Made by a program: the position numbers and the translations under genes. The notes under the pieces were generated by a model. The model saw only the letters and a list, made by a program, of their open reading frames with translations, did no database searches and was not told the origin of the DNA. From Macrostomum lignano (lineage: Eukaryota), in the NCBI GenBank assembly GCA_002269645.1, contig NIVC01001371.1, positions 186,001 through 250,000 of the forward strand: a DNA stretch of 64,000 nucleotides. The letters run 5' to 3'. How positions within the stretch are numbered: position 1 is the first letter of the stretch; the number at the start of each line of letters is the position of its first letter. Below are positions 61,691-64,000 of the stretch, piece by piece.

Positions 61691-62572
61691 AGAGAAGAGA
61701 CATAAGAAATAGGTAAGAAAGGAAAAACATAACAATGTAAAAAGTGAGAAGACTAGGGGATAAGAGAAAAAAAGCAAAAAAGGAAAGAAAAGAGAAAAAA
61801 GAAAAAAAAGAAAGTGTAGATTAGAAAACAAAGAGCTAAGAAGAAAGGCAAATCTTGAATAAGCCTGATTCCCATTGTAACATTTCAAAGGACTTAAAGG
61901 CTAGATAGAATGGCTTTGTAAGCTGCATATGGCCTATAGGCTAGTCTGCTGACCCTTAGACTTGGTCTATGTTGGCATGGCCTAATGATGATTTCCTATT
62001 TAATATTCCTTTAACCTTTAATGTCTTTTTTGCTTTTTATAATAAGGCTTTCAGTTTTTACATGATAAATTGGTTTCTTTGTCTAATCCTAAAAGAATAA
62101 AAAAGAGGATGAAATTACTACAAGAGAATACAATACAATATTTAGGTAGTTAAATAGATATTTAAGGTATTAAATATTTAGATATAAAATATTTAGTAAA
62201 ATATTTAGGTTTATCAATATAGGTAGGCCTAATGATATATAGTATATATATTTGGCAAAAATTCAATCAAAATTGGTCAAGAATTGCAATCTCTAGAGCA
62301 TTATAGACAAGTAAACATACAAACAATATTAGAGATTTAGTATAACTTTAGTATAACTTTGTTAGTTATTTTAGAAGTCCCATCATAATACTTCTATTGG
62401 TTTATTAGGCACTTGATAAGACAACCTTAGTCTAAAAGTTATTTCTATTCATGGTTGACAAAGTAACCAGTGTTATATCTTAAATCTTAGGTGAATGTTT
62501 TTTATATCACAATTGTGTGTCTCTAGAGTTGACAATTTATTTCAAAAAAATAAAGAGACAAACCTATGGCTT

Positions 62573-63232
62573 ATGGAATCTATATATGTAATGTTTGTTT
62601 TCCATGGATATAATTCTGAGATGTCCTTGTAACTGTAGTTGGCATAATATCCCACTGCAGCTTGTTGCCATATGCTATACAAACACAAATTTCAGGACTC
62701 AGACGAGCACTCTGGCTCCGGGTTTGGGGCAACGCCAGGCGCGACAGCCAACCCTGGAGGAGGCGGTCTGGACGATGGCCGACCAATTGGCCGGTGCTCG
62801 CCAATCCGGGACCAGGACCGCTTCCTGCCCATTGCCAACATATCGAAGATTATGAAGCGAACAATACCGGAGACTGGCAAAATCACTAAAGAGGCGAAAG
62901 AGTGCGTGCAAGAGTGTGTGTCCGAGTTTATCTCCTTTGTCACGTCCGAAGCGTCCGACAGATGCCAGGAGGAGAAGCGGAAGACAATGAACGGCGAGGA
63001 CATCCTGACGGCGATGCAGGCTGTCGGCCTAGACAGTTACATTGAGCCGCTGAAAGTCTACCTGATGAAGTATCGGGAGGCCAATAAATTGGAGGCGGCC
63101 AACGAACGGGCCGCCAATCCGCAGGGCGGCGGCGGCACCGGAGCAGCGGGCGGAGCCAGCGGCGGTGGCGGTGACGACGGCGCTGTGGGTGGAGGCGGAG
63201 CCGGCGGCACCGTGTTTGTCTCTTTCAACTGA
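62573..63232 (+). CDS. NFYB: Nuclear transcription factor Y subunit beta (histone fold)
   Basis: The main exon 62696-63232 contains [17 protein letters not shown]...[41 protein letters not shown] probable 15-nt first coding exon 62573-62587 (MESIY|GTAATG) is phase-compatible, but the start is tentative. Confidence 0.95.
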
Positions 63233-63588
63233 CAGATGCAGGCAGCCTTCCTGTTCCCTCCCTTGCTCCTCCTTAATGTTTCTGCCAATTGTCAAAAGCA
63301 CCTTTATTACAATAAAAATATTACAAAAATCGGGTGGGCCGCTCAGCAGATTTGCTTACATGCTACTACTGTCAGTTCAGTAGAAAGCTAAATAGAACCT
63401 TATTTAATTTACGAAATACTTCAGCACCGGAACCTATTTGACCCTATTACCCGCCAGCTGAACCCTGCGACCGCCTTTTGCCACACAAATTTTCTGCCCC
63501 GCCGCTAATGTACATGAGATTCAGCCAATGTACATTTTACTTAATTGCTACTCAGGCAATAGTAATAGAGAATCTGTTTTTTCCCAAA

Positions 63589-63890
63589 GGAGGGGTTGTA
63601 GCTTAGTGGTTAGAGCGTCGGACTCACGACTGATAGATAGGTCGGGGGTTCGATTCTTGACCCACTCGGAACAATTTGTGTCCTTGAGCAAGACACTTAA
63701 CTCTGCATTGCTTCAGTTCACCCAGCTGTAAAATGGGTGCCAGCATTAGCTGGGGTAATTGAGGCTGTGTGGCGACCCCCCAGTCCTTGGACTGAACAGC
63801 CGTACGCAGCCTTCAGATGCGCCGCGCAATAGCTGCGGCTGAGCTGTTTATTGCACATCTGCCCATTGGGGCAGGTGTAATCAAATATTA
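63589..63890 (+). mobile_element. tRNA-derived CORE-SINE (second copy)
   Basis: Nearly identical to 49912-50210 over ~260 nt, with a 4-bp GATA duplication in the head. The tails diverge. Confidence 0.88.
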
Positions 63891-64000
63891 TTAATTTTAT
63901 TACAATTAATATTTTACCAAGCAAATACGCCTAAGTGGCCCATCTAGTTATGTGGTGGCTATTTATAGGAAGGATGAAATGATAAATAATATTTCTGGTT

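Overview
This is AT-rich eukaryotic (metazoan) genomic DNA with GC-rich exons and GT-AG introns. Many introns and intergenic gaps are filled by locus-specific minisatellites. The style resembles the flatworm Macrostomum lignano, but the taxon is my inference. I hand-assembled these spliced genes: a synaptotagmin-like protein (-), COQ3 (-), DXO/Rai1 (-), NEURL2/Ozz-like (-), radial spoke head RSPH4/6 (+), SEC24A/B (-) and NF-YB (+). Between RSPH4/6 and SEC24 lies a tandem array of three paralogous, uncharacterised genes (41.5-49.6 kb, -). Each has a signal peptide, a helical domain resembling rapunzel/cephalotoxin/jellyfish-toxin proteins, and a GPI-like C-terminal tail. The paralogues are mosaics of near-identical and diverged blocks, and the middle copy has an in-frame stop. 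Mobile elements include two tandem 1.7-kb foldback elements with ~380-bp TIRs, a 734-bp Mutator-like element with a 9-bp TSD, a Merlin deletion derivative, hAT-like MITEs, CORE-SINEs and a probable Helitron-like fragment. Most very long ORFs in the supplied track are artefacts of stop-free tandem repeats. Exon coordinates were derived by eye and all family calls are from recalled motifs; no database search was run.
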